Part shown: positions 53,494-63,911 of the stretch, piece after piece
How positions within the stretch are numbered: position 1 is the stretch's first letter
How the letters are laid out: each line of letters begins with the position of its first letter
Notes under the pieces: generated by a model
The model's input: the letters and a program-made list of their open reading frames with translations, nothing else
Databases searched by the model: none
Told to the model about the DNA's origin: nothing
Program-made: the position numbers and the translations under genes
Assembly (NCBI GenBank): GCA_964016885.1
Contig: OZ024746.1
Span: 63,116,001-63,180,000 of the forward strand
Length of the DNA stretch: 64,000 nucleotides
Direction: 5' to 3'
Source of the DNA: Eledone cirrhosa
Lineage: Eukaryota

Positions 53494-53566
53494 CGACCAC
53501 AACGAGACTCGAATACTCAATCTTCTGATTCGTGATCAGACGCCTTATCCATTAGGCCATGCGTCC
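53494..53566 (-). pseudogene. tRNA-Arg pseudogene with ACG at anticodon position
   Basis: Loop TC ACG AA; T stem disrupted; C3A. Confidence 0.8.
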
Positions 53567-54263
53567 CACTTGACAGCTGCTTCAGATATCAGCACTAAAA
53601 TCTTATATCAAACGATTTGGAGACAATATTTTTTGATTATACTACGTATATATATGTTAATAAACAGCAAGTTATCCGCTGTTGCCTTGGAAATAAAACC
53701 ATCAGTTGTTGGACAATCTGTTAGAAAAATAGCTGTGGGAATTATTTTTATTTTTTTCTTTCTTTGAAACCTAATGGTTATATACATTAAAAAAGATACA
53801 TGCTCCAAATATCTATCACCTCTGACAAAATATAGTCAAAGAATTCTTAGTAAAATGTTTCACGATAAACAACGTTCTTAACTTTCCCGCCATGATCATT
53901 TATATAAAGATTGTTCTCACTTCCAACATGTCAACATCCAACATATATCTATCTATGAGCAACAAGTTATCCAGCGTTGCCTTGGAAATAAAGCGATCAG
54001 TTGTTGGACAATCAGTACAAAATAGATGTGGGAATTATTCATAATTTTTCTTTCTTTCAAACCAGCTATATGGTTCTTTGAAGAAGATAAATGTTTCAAA
54101 AAATCTATTACCTCTGACAATATATAGTAAAAAAAAAATTAGTAAAATGTTTCATGATATACAACTTTTTAAACTTAAACTGTGTGAATTGAGGTGCATA
54201 AATAAAGTGACCAAACACGATAGAGAGAGAATGCAAGAGAGTAAAAGTATAAGTCAATTAATG

Positions 54264-54336
54264 CGACCACAACGAGACTCGAACTCGCAATCTTCTGATT
54301 CGAAGTCAGACGCCTTATCCATTAGGCCACGCGGCC
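54264..54336 (-). tRNA. trnR-UCG: tRNA-Arg(UCG), A7G isodecoder
   Basis: Only A7G differs. Confidence 0.92.
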
Positions 54337-54663
54337 GACCTGCTAACTGATAAGAAATTAGTACAAATATATTATGTTGAATTACTTTGACAACTTTATA
54401 TTCTTTCTTACGATTATTGTCGTCATACCACACTTTCTCATATAAGTAAGCAGTAGTGTATCCGGTTTTGCCTTGGAATTAAAACATTTGGTTGTTCGTC
54501 AATCTATTACAAAACTTAGTCAAACAATTCTTATTTATAGGTTTCATGATAAACAATGAAATGTGATGTGCATAAAACACAGAGAGAGCGAGAGGGAGAG
54601 AGGGGGAGAGATAAACAGAGAGAGATCAAATACGAGAGGATAAAAACAAAATTAATATTCCTG

Positions 54664-54739
54664 CGACCACAACGAGACTCGAACTAGCAATCTTCTAATA
54701 ATTCTAAGACAGACGCCTAACCATTAGGCGGATGGGGCC
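54664..54739 (-). pseudogene. Heavily altered tRNA-Arg pseudogene (TAG at anticodon position)
   Basis: Loop CT TAG AA plus 3-nt insertion; remodelled D arm. Confidence 0.8.
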
Positions 54740-55349
54740 AACCTGGCAGCTGCTTCAGATATCAGCACTAAAATCTTATATCAAACGATTTGGACTCAAT
54801 ATTTTTTTATTATACTACGTATATATATGTTAATAAACAGCAAGTTATCCGGCGTTGCCTTGGAAATAAACCATCAGTTGTTGGACAATCTGTTACAACA
54901 TAGCTGTCTTTGAAAATATAACTTTCTTTGAAAAATAGCTTTCTGTGAAACCTATTGTTTATATTCTTTGAAAAAGATACATGCTCCAAATATCTATTAT
55001 CTCTGACAAAATATAGTCAGAGAATACTTAGTATAATGTTTCACGATAAACAATGTTCTTAACTTTTCCGCCATGATCATTTATATAATGATTGTTCTCA
55101 CTTCCAACATGTCAACATCCAACATATATCTGTCTATGAGAGAAACAGGACTCTTACAACTATAGTCCAGTCTTATTTAATGTCTGACATTGAGATCATA
55201 TTTTTATTGACATTGTAAAGCTAAGACATATGTTACCAAGACTTATACATTAGGCCATGCAGCCAGCTTGACATCTGCTTCAGATATTATAACAAATATA
55301 TTGTCAAATGATTTAATGGTAATATTTTAAAGTATTTTGACAACATTTA

Positions 55350-55885
55350 TTGTTTCTTAACGCCCAAGATGCCGTTTGCATTCTTGGCTCTCCAATTCTC
55401 TCGAAAGCAGTATGAGAATACTTGGAGACCAAGCATGCCGACCTATCTAATATGACTGAGAGGTTGCGCTTCATTGACGTGCACTCATGTGTCGTCCTCC
55501 TTAGGAACTGCTTCACCCTTCCAAAATGCATATTCATGCTGCGCGGTGCGCTTTGTCAGACTTTCGCAGATGCTACCTTCCGACGCTGTGCGGAACTCGT
55601 CTGCAATCTTAGTTTCGACGGCACCGGCAAGCAAAGCGGAGCTGTCCGTGAGGTTTAGTGGCCACGGCTTCCGATCAGCATTGGATATGGCACTACTGCT
55701 TGCCTCTACTCAATTTCCTCCAGTCGAACCCTCACCAGAGAGGTCCTCAGCACAACGGCAGAACCTGGTGTGGTTCCAGACTAGAGTTAGATCAGGCCGA
55801 TTGGACCGGTGAAGGTCACTTTGTCCCCCAGTATACAAATATCCATCGTAACCTGGACGACATCAACTGCAGGCCTTGTTTGGAG
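55350..55885 (+). mobile_element. CRE-like retrotransposon fragment, copy 3
   Basis: Homologous to 50470 and 8800 copies. Confidence 0.7.
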
Positions 55886-56268
55886 CAAATCTTATTCATT
55901 CGATCTTAAGTTTGATATGGAAGAAAATCTAAGAGAGAAAAGTAACAGTATCTATCGTATCAAATAGAGTTTATACGTAAATCTGAGATTTGAGATAATG
56001 TTGAAATTTTCTAAAGAGTTCTATTATTAGAAGAATTATCATAACAAGTTGAATCAGTAATGTAATGTATTACAAGGTGTTTCTGTTAAAGAAATATATT
56101 TGTTGAAATAAGAAAGGTTTGTACACTACATGATATCTGTGTAGAGATGTTAAGTTGTCCTTAGTTTGAATAGAATAAATTGTGGTGTGTCGAGATAAGA
56201 TACTAAACCTGATAGTAAGAGACAGATAGAGAAAATGCCAGTGTATAAAAACAAAATAGCACTAAATA

Positions 56269-56341
56269 CGACCACAACGAGACTCGAACTCGCAATTTTC
56301 TGATTCGAAGTCAGACGCCTTATCCATTAGGCCATGCGGCC
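56269..56341 (-). tRNA. trnR-UCG: tRNA-Arg(UCG) variant (G45A)
   Basis: Cloverleaf intact. Confidence 0.9.
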
Positions 56342-56709
56342 GATCTGCTAATGCTACTGAAAATTAGTACTAATATATTTTTATTGTTTCTTACGAATAT
56401 TGTCGTAATACAAAGACTTTCTCATATAAGTAAGCAGTAGTGTATCCGGTGTTGCCTTGGAAATAAAACAGTTAGTTGTTCGTCAATCTATTACAAAGTA
56501 GCTGTGGGATTTATGCGTATATTTTTGTGTTTTTTTTTTGTTCTTTGAAAGGTAAATGGTTAAAAAAATTCGTTTACTTCTGACAAAACTTAGTCAAAAA
56601 ATTCTTCTTTATAGGTTTCATGATAAACAACGAAATGTGATGTGCATAAAAAACAGAGAGTTAGAGTAAGAGAGAGAAACGGAGAATGAAAACAAAACTA
56701 GCATTATTG

Positions 56710-56782
56710 CGACCACAACGAGACCCAAACACGCAATCTTCAGATTCGAAGTCAGACGCCTTATCCATTAGGCCATGCGGTC
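56710..56782 (-). pseudogene. tRNA-Arg(UCG) degenerate subfamily B-like
   Basis: T arm GTGTTTGGGTC as in 32462; A41U. Confidence 0.85.
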
Positions 56783-57166
56783 AACCTGACAGCTGACTCA
56801 GATATCAGCTCTAAAATCTTATATCAACCGATTTGGAGATAATATTTTTTTAATTATACTGTGTATATACATGTTAATAAGCAACAAGTTATCCAGCGTT
56901 GCCTTGGAAATAAAGCGATCAGTTGTTGGACAATCAGTTACAAAATAGATGTGGGAATTATTCATAATTTTACTTTCTTTCAAACCAGCTATATGGTTCT
57001 TTGAAGATGTTTCAAAAAATCTATTACCTCTGACAATATATAGTAAAAAAAATTAGGAAAATGTTTCATGATATACAACTTTTTAAACTTAAACTGTGTG
57101 AATTGAGGTGCATAAAGTCACCAAACACGATAGAGAGAGAATGCAAGAAAAAAAAGTCAGTTAATG

Positions 57167-57239
57167 CGACCACAACGAGACTCGAACTCGCAATCTTCTG
57201 ATTCGAAGTCAGACGCCTTATCCATTAGGCCATGCGGCC
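57167..57239 (-). tRNA. trnR-UCG: tRNA-Arg(UCG), consensus
   Basis: Identical to consensus. Confidence 0.95.
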
Positions 57240-57519
57240 AACTTGTCAACTTGACAGAATTTAGTCATAATATACTATTTCAAATGAATCGGAGCCACTC
57301 CTTTTAATAATTTGAATGACGTTTTATTCCTTCTCATGAATTACATAGATTACCGTGATACTCCGTACACTAACTCATGTTAGTAAACAGTAGTTTATCC
57401 GGCGTTGCCTTGAAAATAAAATACGCTGTTGATGACCTATCTATTGCATAATAGCTTTGAGTATTATGCGACATCTTTTTCTTTAAAACATGGTATTTAT
57501 TTATATTAAATAATATAAT

Positions 57520-57600
57520 GATTGTTTCTACTTTCGGCAAAGGCCTGCAATTATCACAGTGTATTACTGGTACTTTATTTTATCGACCCCGTAAGGATGA
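57520..57600 (-). mobile_element. SINE 3' fragment
   Basis: TTTTATCGACCCCGTAAGGATGA core. Confidence 0.8.
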
Positions 57601-57634
57601 TAAAATATAATATAATAATGATAATAATAATAAT

Positions 57635-57830
57635 GAAATTATTGTGTACAGTGCTTAGGTGCACTAGAACTCATCAAAGGTGCATGTATAGTACATAGAA
57701 TAATATACAAATGTCAGGGAAGTGAATAGTGTATGAGTCATGATATACATGTGTGCGTGTGTATGGAGGGGGAATATTAGGTGTAGTGTTTGTGAATCTC
57801 AGGAAGCATGGAGGTTTTAAAGGATTCTTT
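57635..57830 (-). mobile_element. 3' end of a CR1/L2-like LINE
   Basis: Minus strand ..SFKTSMLPEIHKHYT* followed by UTR and (ATT)n-like tail. Confidence 0.45.
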
Positions 57831-58070
57831 GAAAAAGATACAAGGTTCAAAAATTCATGATAATCAACGAAATGTTATGTGTGTAGAAAACCACTGGTCT
57901 CGAAAGAAAGAGACAGATAAAGAAAAACCACGTCAACATTTAAGAGAAATGCCTATGTAAGAGATTTTGCTTTATAGATATGTGTACGAACGTTGGGTTT
58001 AGGGATAGGGGTTTCTTGAATGTCGTCTAATCTTTTAACGATGGTTTGCTGTGGAGCTTGCCAGCCTCTA

Positions 58071-58928
58071 TTGCTTGACGTGTAGTCGCTGTGGTTGTGC
58101 TGTAGTGATTCTGGTTGGTACTTTATTAATCGTGTTATGGTTAGGGATGGAGTTAAGTAGGATGAAAGGCGGAGATAGAAGGGATACCTCTCTTCCCATT
58201 CGAGAGAGGTAAGTCTCTAATCAGTGACGTCACATGCTGTGACACGTTCTTCGCCTCCATTTTTGTCGCTGCGGCCATCAATCCTGGCACCGCAACCCGA
58301 AATGCAGGGGAGAGAAAGATAGCTAAATACCGGCATTTTACCAACCACTTTCTTTAGATGAGAGTCGCCGTCGAGACCTCTAGTCCCCGATCTTCCGTTT
58401 CCCCTCGCAAAATTGGGAGGAGTGCACCCTTCCTAAAGAAGCACCCTCATGAGGTCGAGTGGCTGTTGCAGCGGGTGTATTCTCCGCGGCAATACCGACG
58501 TCATTTTCTCCACGGAGCGCAGTTGAGATATACCGCCCAGACTTGGTTGTAATGTTTGTCGACCCCCCCCCCCCTGCTCTTTCCCCATATTTCGTTATTT
58601 TTTTCTGTTCTCTTTCGTTTTCGTTTCTTCTTTCTTTCTATTGTATTATTTTACGTATTTTCATTTTCATGAATAAAGATTTACACTATAAATATATCAC
58701 AGATAAATGTGTAGGTTTCAATGATCTTTATTTCAAGTAAGTGAAAGGAATGTAATTTTAACCATACTGATGAAACTATGTGTAGGTCATGATTAGAAAT
58801 GGATTGATCTTTTCGAACTCTGTTGCTTGACATGTAGTCGCTGTGGTTGTGCTGTAGTGATTCTGGTTGGAACTTTATTAATCGTGTTATGGTTAGGGAT
58901 AGGGATGGAAAAGATGAAAGACGGAGAT
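58071..58928. repeat. ~105 bp direct repeats (58071-58177, 58823-58928) flanking a GC-rich core
   Basis: TTGCTTGAC(G/A)TGTAGTCGCTGTGGTTGTGCTGTAGTGATTCTGG...GATGAAAG(G/A)CGGAGAT. Confidence 0.85.
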
Positions 58929-59029
58929 GGTATCGCCAGAATGTGAAACTAGTATATAGATTTATCCTGGCACCTAACTAACAATTTCAATTTCAATACA
59001 ATATAATACATATATATATACATATATAT

Positions 59030-59095
<66 letters not shown>

Positions 59096-59208
59096 GTCAT
59101 ATTAAGTTGAGTTAACAATTTATATCTACTCCAAAAATTTGTCGAGTGCTTTATATCAGTTATAAAAATATTTACTTGTTGTATCCCAACAACTTTAAAT
59201 AGAACTTT

Positions 59209-59282
<74 letters not shown>

Positions 59283-59527
59283 TAAATCCACCAATTAATG
59301 GTAGGGTCGAAGCCGTATGAAGAACTCAATGTAATCCGTATGTAGATGTCGTGAAGCAAAGTTTAAAATACAAAATTTTCAACGATATAATTCATTGGAT
59401 ACAGAGTCAAAAATACAAATAGTGAAAACAATGAAATTAAACAAAAAACGGTTAATTCATAGTAAAACGAGTTTTACTATGAATTAACCATTTTTTGTTT
59501 AATCTCATTGTTTTCACTATTTGTATT

Positions 59528-59591
<64 letters not shown>

Positions 59592-59715
59592 AACGAGTAG
59601 GATACTTAGGGTAGTAGAGTGGGTAATAGGAACGAGTAGGACCCCGACGGCTAATTCTGGACTAAATCTAGTCCAGAATTAGCCGTCGAAACGGCTTGAG
59701 CTCAGCCGTCGGGGT

Positions 59716-59842
59716 CCTACTCGTTCCTATTACCCACTCTACTACCCTAAGTATCCTACTCGTTCCTATTACCCACTCTACTACCCTAAGTATCCTACTC
59801 GTTCCTATTACCCAATCTACTACCCTAAGTATCCTACTCGTT

Positions 59843-59846
<4 letters not shown>
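59716..59846. repeat. 39-bp minisatellite, ~3.3 copies
   Basis: CCTACTCGTTCCTATTACCCACTCTACTACCCTAAGTAT. Confidence 0.9.
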
Positions 59847-59900
<54 letters not shown>

Positions 59901-59929
59901 ATTATGTAATAAACAACACAATATAATTA

Positions 59930-60000
59930 TTCCATTACCTAAGGTTTCACGAAGTCAGACGATTCTAACAGAGGCGTCTGAAGTCGCTCATCAGATAGAA
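59930..60000 (-). ncRNA. Type I hammerhead ribozyme (Penelope-like element pLTR type)
   Basis: TTCTAT CTGATGA [GCGA..CAGACG..CGTCTG..TCGT] GAAA CC TTA GG TA ATGGAA; stem I TTCTAT/ATGGAA, GUA cleavage triplet. Confidence 0.75.
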
Positions 60001-60451
60001 ATCTTTAATTTGGATATCGAACGACTTCAGACACCTCTGTTAGAATCGTCTGACTTCGTGAAACCTTTGGTAATGGAATAATTATATTATGTTGTTTATT
60101 ACATAATTAAATAGCTCTGTACTATACATAGAACACTCTCTTTCCTTTATCTTTCCCACAGAAATACCTAACATATATATATATATATATATGAATCACT
60201 ACCTCCCTACGGACGACTGACGCTGCACGCCAGGTCTGAACACAGAAGAGCAAAACTCCCACTGTCATCGCCTCCATCTCTCTCGCCCTCCCCATCTCTG
60301 TGTATTATGAGCAAGTGGGGTCCCACGTGCTGGCTGCCCCACGGTCCCGCCGGACAGAATGGAGAAGGCGTTTCCACGGAGGATGTTAAGGGAGATTGAC
60401 TTGTCATGATAGGTGTAATAAGAGCTATGAATAAATTAATGAGACAGTTAT

Positions 60452-60652
60452 AATTGTTTCTACAATTGACACAAGGCCAGCAATTTGAAGGGAAGAAGAA
60501 AATGGGTTAAATAAACCCTAGTGCATTACTGATACTATATTTTATTCACCCTGTAAGGATGAAAGTGTGATTTGAACTCAGAACGTAAAAACACTGTAAC
60601 TATATGCCACAAAACATGTTTCCGACGCTCTACAGATACCGTCGATCCACCA
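60452..60652 (-). mobile_element. tRNA-derived SINE (diverged)
   Basis: Family core and B box on minus strand. Confidence 0.8.
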
Positions 60653-60989
60653 TTATAATGTGATAGTAGTAATGATAGGTGTAATAACAATAGTAATAAT
60701 AGGGGTAATAAATGTGGTAATGATAGGAATAATAACAGCTATGAACCAATTAATTTGACAGTAATAATGATAGGGGACTCAGGGTGAAGACTGACAACGA
60801 AAGTGAATAAATAATAAAAAGGCTGGAATGAATGTGAATTAAAATTAAAAAAGAAAACACTAATTCATAAACATTTGTTCATAAACATTTGCAGTTTTAC
60901 TGCAAGAGCGATGTGAAAGCACGTCTGAACAAGTTAGCAGTCAAATTCAACAACAATAAAAACAGATAATAACTCTTTCTTTTTAGTTA

Positions 60990-61172
60990 ATAATTGTTTC
61001 TACTTTTGGTACAAGGCCAGCAATTATCCCAGTGGATTAGTGGTGCTTTATTTTATCGACAGCGTAAGCATGAAGGGCAAAGTTAACCTCGGTGGGATTT
61101 TCACTCATATCATAAAGGGCCGTAACTCTATGCTGCAAAGCATGGCGTCCGACCCTCTACCGATACTGACAA
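60990..61172 (-). mobile_element. tRNA-derived SINE
   Basis: Homologous to 3152-3333. Confidence 0.85.
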
Positions 61173-61174
61173 TC

Positions 61175-61302
61175 ATGATTTCTTCTATAGGCACAGGGCC
61201 AGCAATTTTTTTGTGGGGACGGGAAAGTCGATTAAATCGACCCACTGCGTTACTGGTACTTTATTTTATCGACCCTGTAAGGAAGAAAGGCAAAGCTAAC
61301 CT
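61175..61302 (-). mobile_element. 5'-truncated tRNA-derived SINE
   Basis: TTTTATCGACCCTGTAAGGAAGAAAGGCAAAG core. Confidence 0.8.
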
Positions 61303-62131
61303 CCAGTCTTTGTGCAATAGACGTTATGACTTCTATTGCACAATTATTGAATTTTTTTGTAATCTGATAGCTATTATATAAAATAGGTTAGTGGGATATA
61401 ATAGATATAAAATATTACTGAAGAAAAAGATAAAAATGATAACAAATTTGACATCATAAAGCGGCCCGCTGTAATTGGTTGTGGCGGTGATGGTGCTGGC
61501 GGTGGTGGTGGTGGTGGTGGTGGGTGCAAGTATTATCAATTTGACATTTCTTAACAAATGAAATTTAGCATAAGCTCCAACTCTCTCAGTCAAAAATTTG
61601 GCGTTAAGACTTTTTGTTTTACATTGGCACAAGACCAGACATTGGAAAGATAGGAATAGAATAACTTGAATCACCCCAAGTACTTGATTACTGCTTAACT
61701 TATCGATAACAAAAGAATATGAGAAACAGTTGATTCCAGAGAAGTTGAACTCGGTAAAGAGCCTTAACTAAATATAACAAAACATATTGTCCAAATTAAT
61801 TAGTAACAGGTTGCACTGACCACGAGTTTTCAGAACAGTGAGCTAATACAATTGTTATTCTGTTTCAACGTTTATGAGAAGAAACGATGAAGCAAAAAAA
61901 TATAGGAAACATGCGTATTTAACAAAGAATTAACAAACAAGTGTTTAATACAAGATGTAGCGGGTGAGACACAATAGCAATGAAAAGATAAGTATTTCAC
62001 GTAGCCCTGGTTGAAAGGGGGATATCGTTATCTATTTCTCCTTCTTCTTGTCGTATGACATATGCAGAGTAACTAGAGATGCAAGTTGACACCGACGAGA
62101 CAAACCAAGGTGTCATTTGAAGCATTATCTA

Positions 62132-62655
62132 CAGGATGATTGAAAAGTAACTCCCTATTGAATGCCGAAAGGTACCTCACCATGCTGGAAGATGAAATCT
62201 GACCAGTTATCAGTACTTGGGAGAATATTTAAGATTTGATGATTTTGCTATTGTTGTTCGTGAATGGCTGAATGCTCACTTCCCTGGGAAATGGATGGGT
62301 CGTCGTGGTCTGCATGAGTGGCCAGCCAGAATCCCTGACTTTAAACCATGCGACTTTTTTTCTTTGGAGTTGGTTAAAGGAGCAAATCTACTCTACCAAA
62401 CCAACGACTTTGGAAAAACTTGAAGGGCGAATATGAGAAGTTATGTCTTCCATTCCGCAAGAGTTCCTGGTGAAATCAGTTGATGCGGTTCCCGGGTGGC
62501 TTGAGAATCTGGTGACGAATGCTGGTGCCCATATTGAATGTTAACTAACACTCCATGCTATACACTTCCTTCTCATATTCATTTCTTGTCAAAATTATAG
62601 TTAAGAAATAAATCATAAGAATTTTAAAATAGGGACTTATTTTTCAATCACCCTG
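62132..62655 (+). mobile_element. Internally deleted Tc1/mariner (maT/DD37D-like) DNA transposon
   Basis: TA|CAGGATGATTGAAAAGTAACTCCCTATT ... AATAGGGACTTATTTTTCAATCACCCTG|TA; transposase remnant VREWLNAHFPGKWMGRRG..EWPAR.PD..PCDFF. Confidence 0.9.
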
Positions 62656-63229
62656 TATATCAAAGGATCAGAAAGAAATTTTGTAAGAGACTAATAAAAT
62701 TATCGAATTATCGTTCACAAAACGAAATAAGTCTATTTGTCGAGAGAATCTAATATGATGTAACTTTTGTTGTCATTATTTTCCTTTTGCTGATGCAAAG
62801 CAGCGTTTATTCTCTTAAACTTTAGTGATTTACTTTAATAAAATTAAAGAGACGTATAGTTGATTCAGTCTGCGTGGTTTCGCCCTTTTGTTCAGTTGCC
62901 AAATAATTATTTGCCAAATGATTAAGTACAAATATTATTAGTCATATTGAGATGGAAAACTTCCAGCACACAACCACAAAATTTAGATATTGCGTGGAAA
63001 CCACACATACAATTTTGAAGAAGCAATGCGGTAACTTTGAAACATTTTTGTTGTATTTAATTTATGTCTTAATCTTTAAATCAATTTATGTCTATTTTTC
63101 TTTCTTTATTTATTTATTTCTCTCTGTTTATGCTAAAGTCAACGCCGCAAATCGACAAATCCATTCGTAGGCCTTGAACACCAGAGCACAGTGAGGAGGA
63201 GAGGCAGAGGAAGAAACAGCTCAATAGTG

Positions 63230-63380
63230 AACTGGTTCTTTATTTACCGACCCTAAAAGTATGAAAGGCAGTGTTGACCTTAGAGGGATTGAACTCAAAG
63301 CATAGAAGGCCAAAACAAATACCAAAAAAAAAAAAAAAAAAAAGCAGTCTATCCGAAGTTTTAACGACGCTGCCAGTTAG
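63230..63380 (-). mobile_element. Degraded tRNA-derived SINE
   Basis: TTTATTTACCGACCCTAAAAGTATGAAAGGCA..GGGATTGAACTC. Confidence 0.65.
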
Positions 63381-63694
63381 TCACCTATTCCAAGTAATAT
63401 ACTAAACGCAAAGCAGTACAAACCATGCGATCCAAATCGTTGATCCATCGGTTGTCAGCTTGAGTTTCGAATGTACTGGAAGATGTGAATGTATATTATA
63501 ACTAATTATATAGAAATTAACAAAACAAAGAAATGTTTTTTGATCAGACAAAAATATGAAGAATAATGTGACATCAATTTCTTCCCAATGACGATATCCT
63601 GGCAAGTTAAGTTATTTCAAATTGGACTCGAAACCAAATAGAGAACTTGTCTAAACAAAAGCTTATTTCTAATTCTATTATTAACTGCACACTA

Positions 63695-63911
63695 AGGGCG
63701 GGGGATTGGCAGTATCGGTAGAGAGTCGGACACCATGCTTTGCAGCATAGAGTTACGGTCCTTTACGGTCTGAGTTCAAATCCCGCCGAGTTCAACTTTG
63801 CCTTTCATCCTTACGGGGTCGATAAGATAAAGCACCAGTAACGTACTAGGATCGATTTAATCGACTTTCCCCTCCCCCAAGATTGATGGCCTTGTGCCTA
63901 TATAAGAAACA
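63695..63911 (+). mobile_element. Full-length tRNA-derived SINE with ~18 bp target-site duplication
   Basis: A box TGGCAGTATCGG, B box GAGTTCAAATCC; ATTATTAACTGCACACTA at 63677 and 63912. Confidence 0.93.

Larger units (their letters stand above)
6635..57239. repeat. Tandem array of 71 tRNA-Arg(UCG) genes and pseudogenes with modular AT-rich spacers
   Basis: Repeated 73-nt GGCCGCATGGCCTAATGGATAAGGCGTCTGACTTCGAATCAGAAGATTGCGAGTTCGAGTCTCGTTGTGGTCG; 4 minus, 58 plus, 9 minus copies. Confidence 0.97.
59000..60192. repeat. Five (TA)n tracts interleaved with fold-back elements
   Basis: Direct reading. Confidence 0.92.

Noticed and set aside
6686-54350. Recurrent short ORFs (MDKASDFESEDCEFESRC..., MKHFTNFFYY..., MIARIAILIL...)
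   Set aside because: They are translations of the tRNA body or of AT-rich spacers; stops and frameshifts vary freely between copies
6635-57239. CRISPR-like repeat-spacer appearance
   Set aside because: The repeats are 73-nt tRNA genes, the spacers are long and themselves repeated, there are no cas genes, and the context is eukaryotic
58153-58740. Short ORFs in the GC-rich cassette as genes
   Set aside because: No recognisable domain, overlapping short frames and no supported exon structure
58765-58815. CTGATGA...GAAA as a hammerhead
   Set aside because: Stem II is imperfect and no stem I partner is visible; at most a decayed relic
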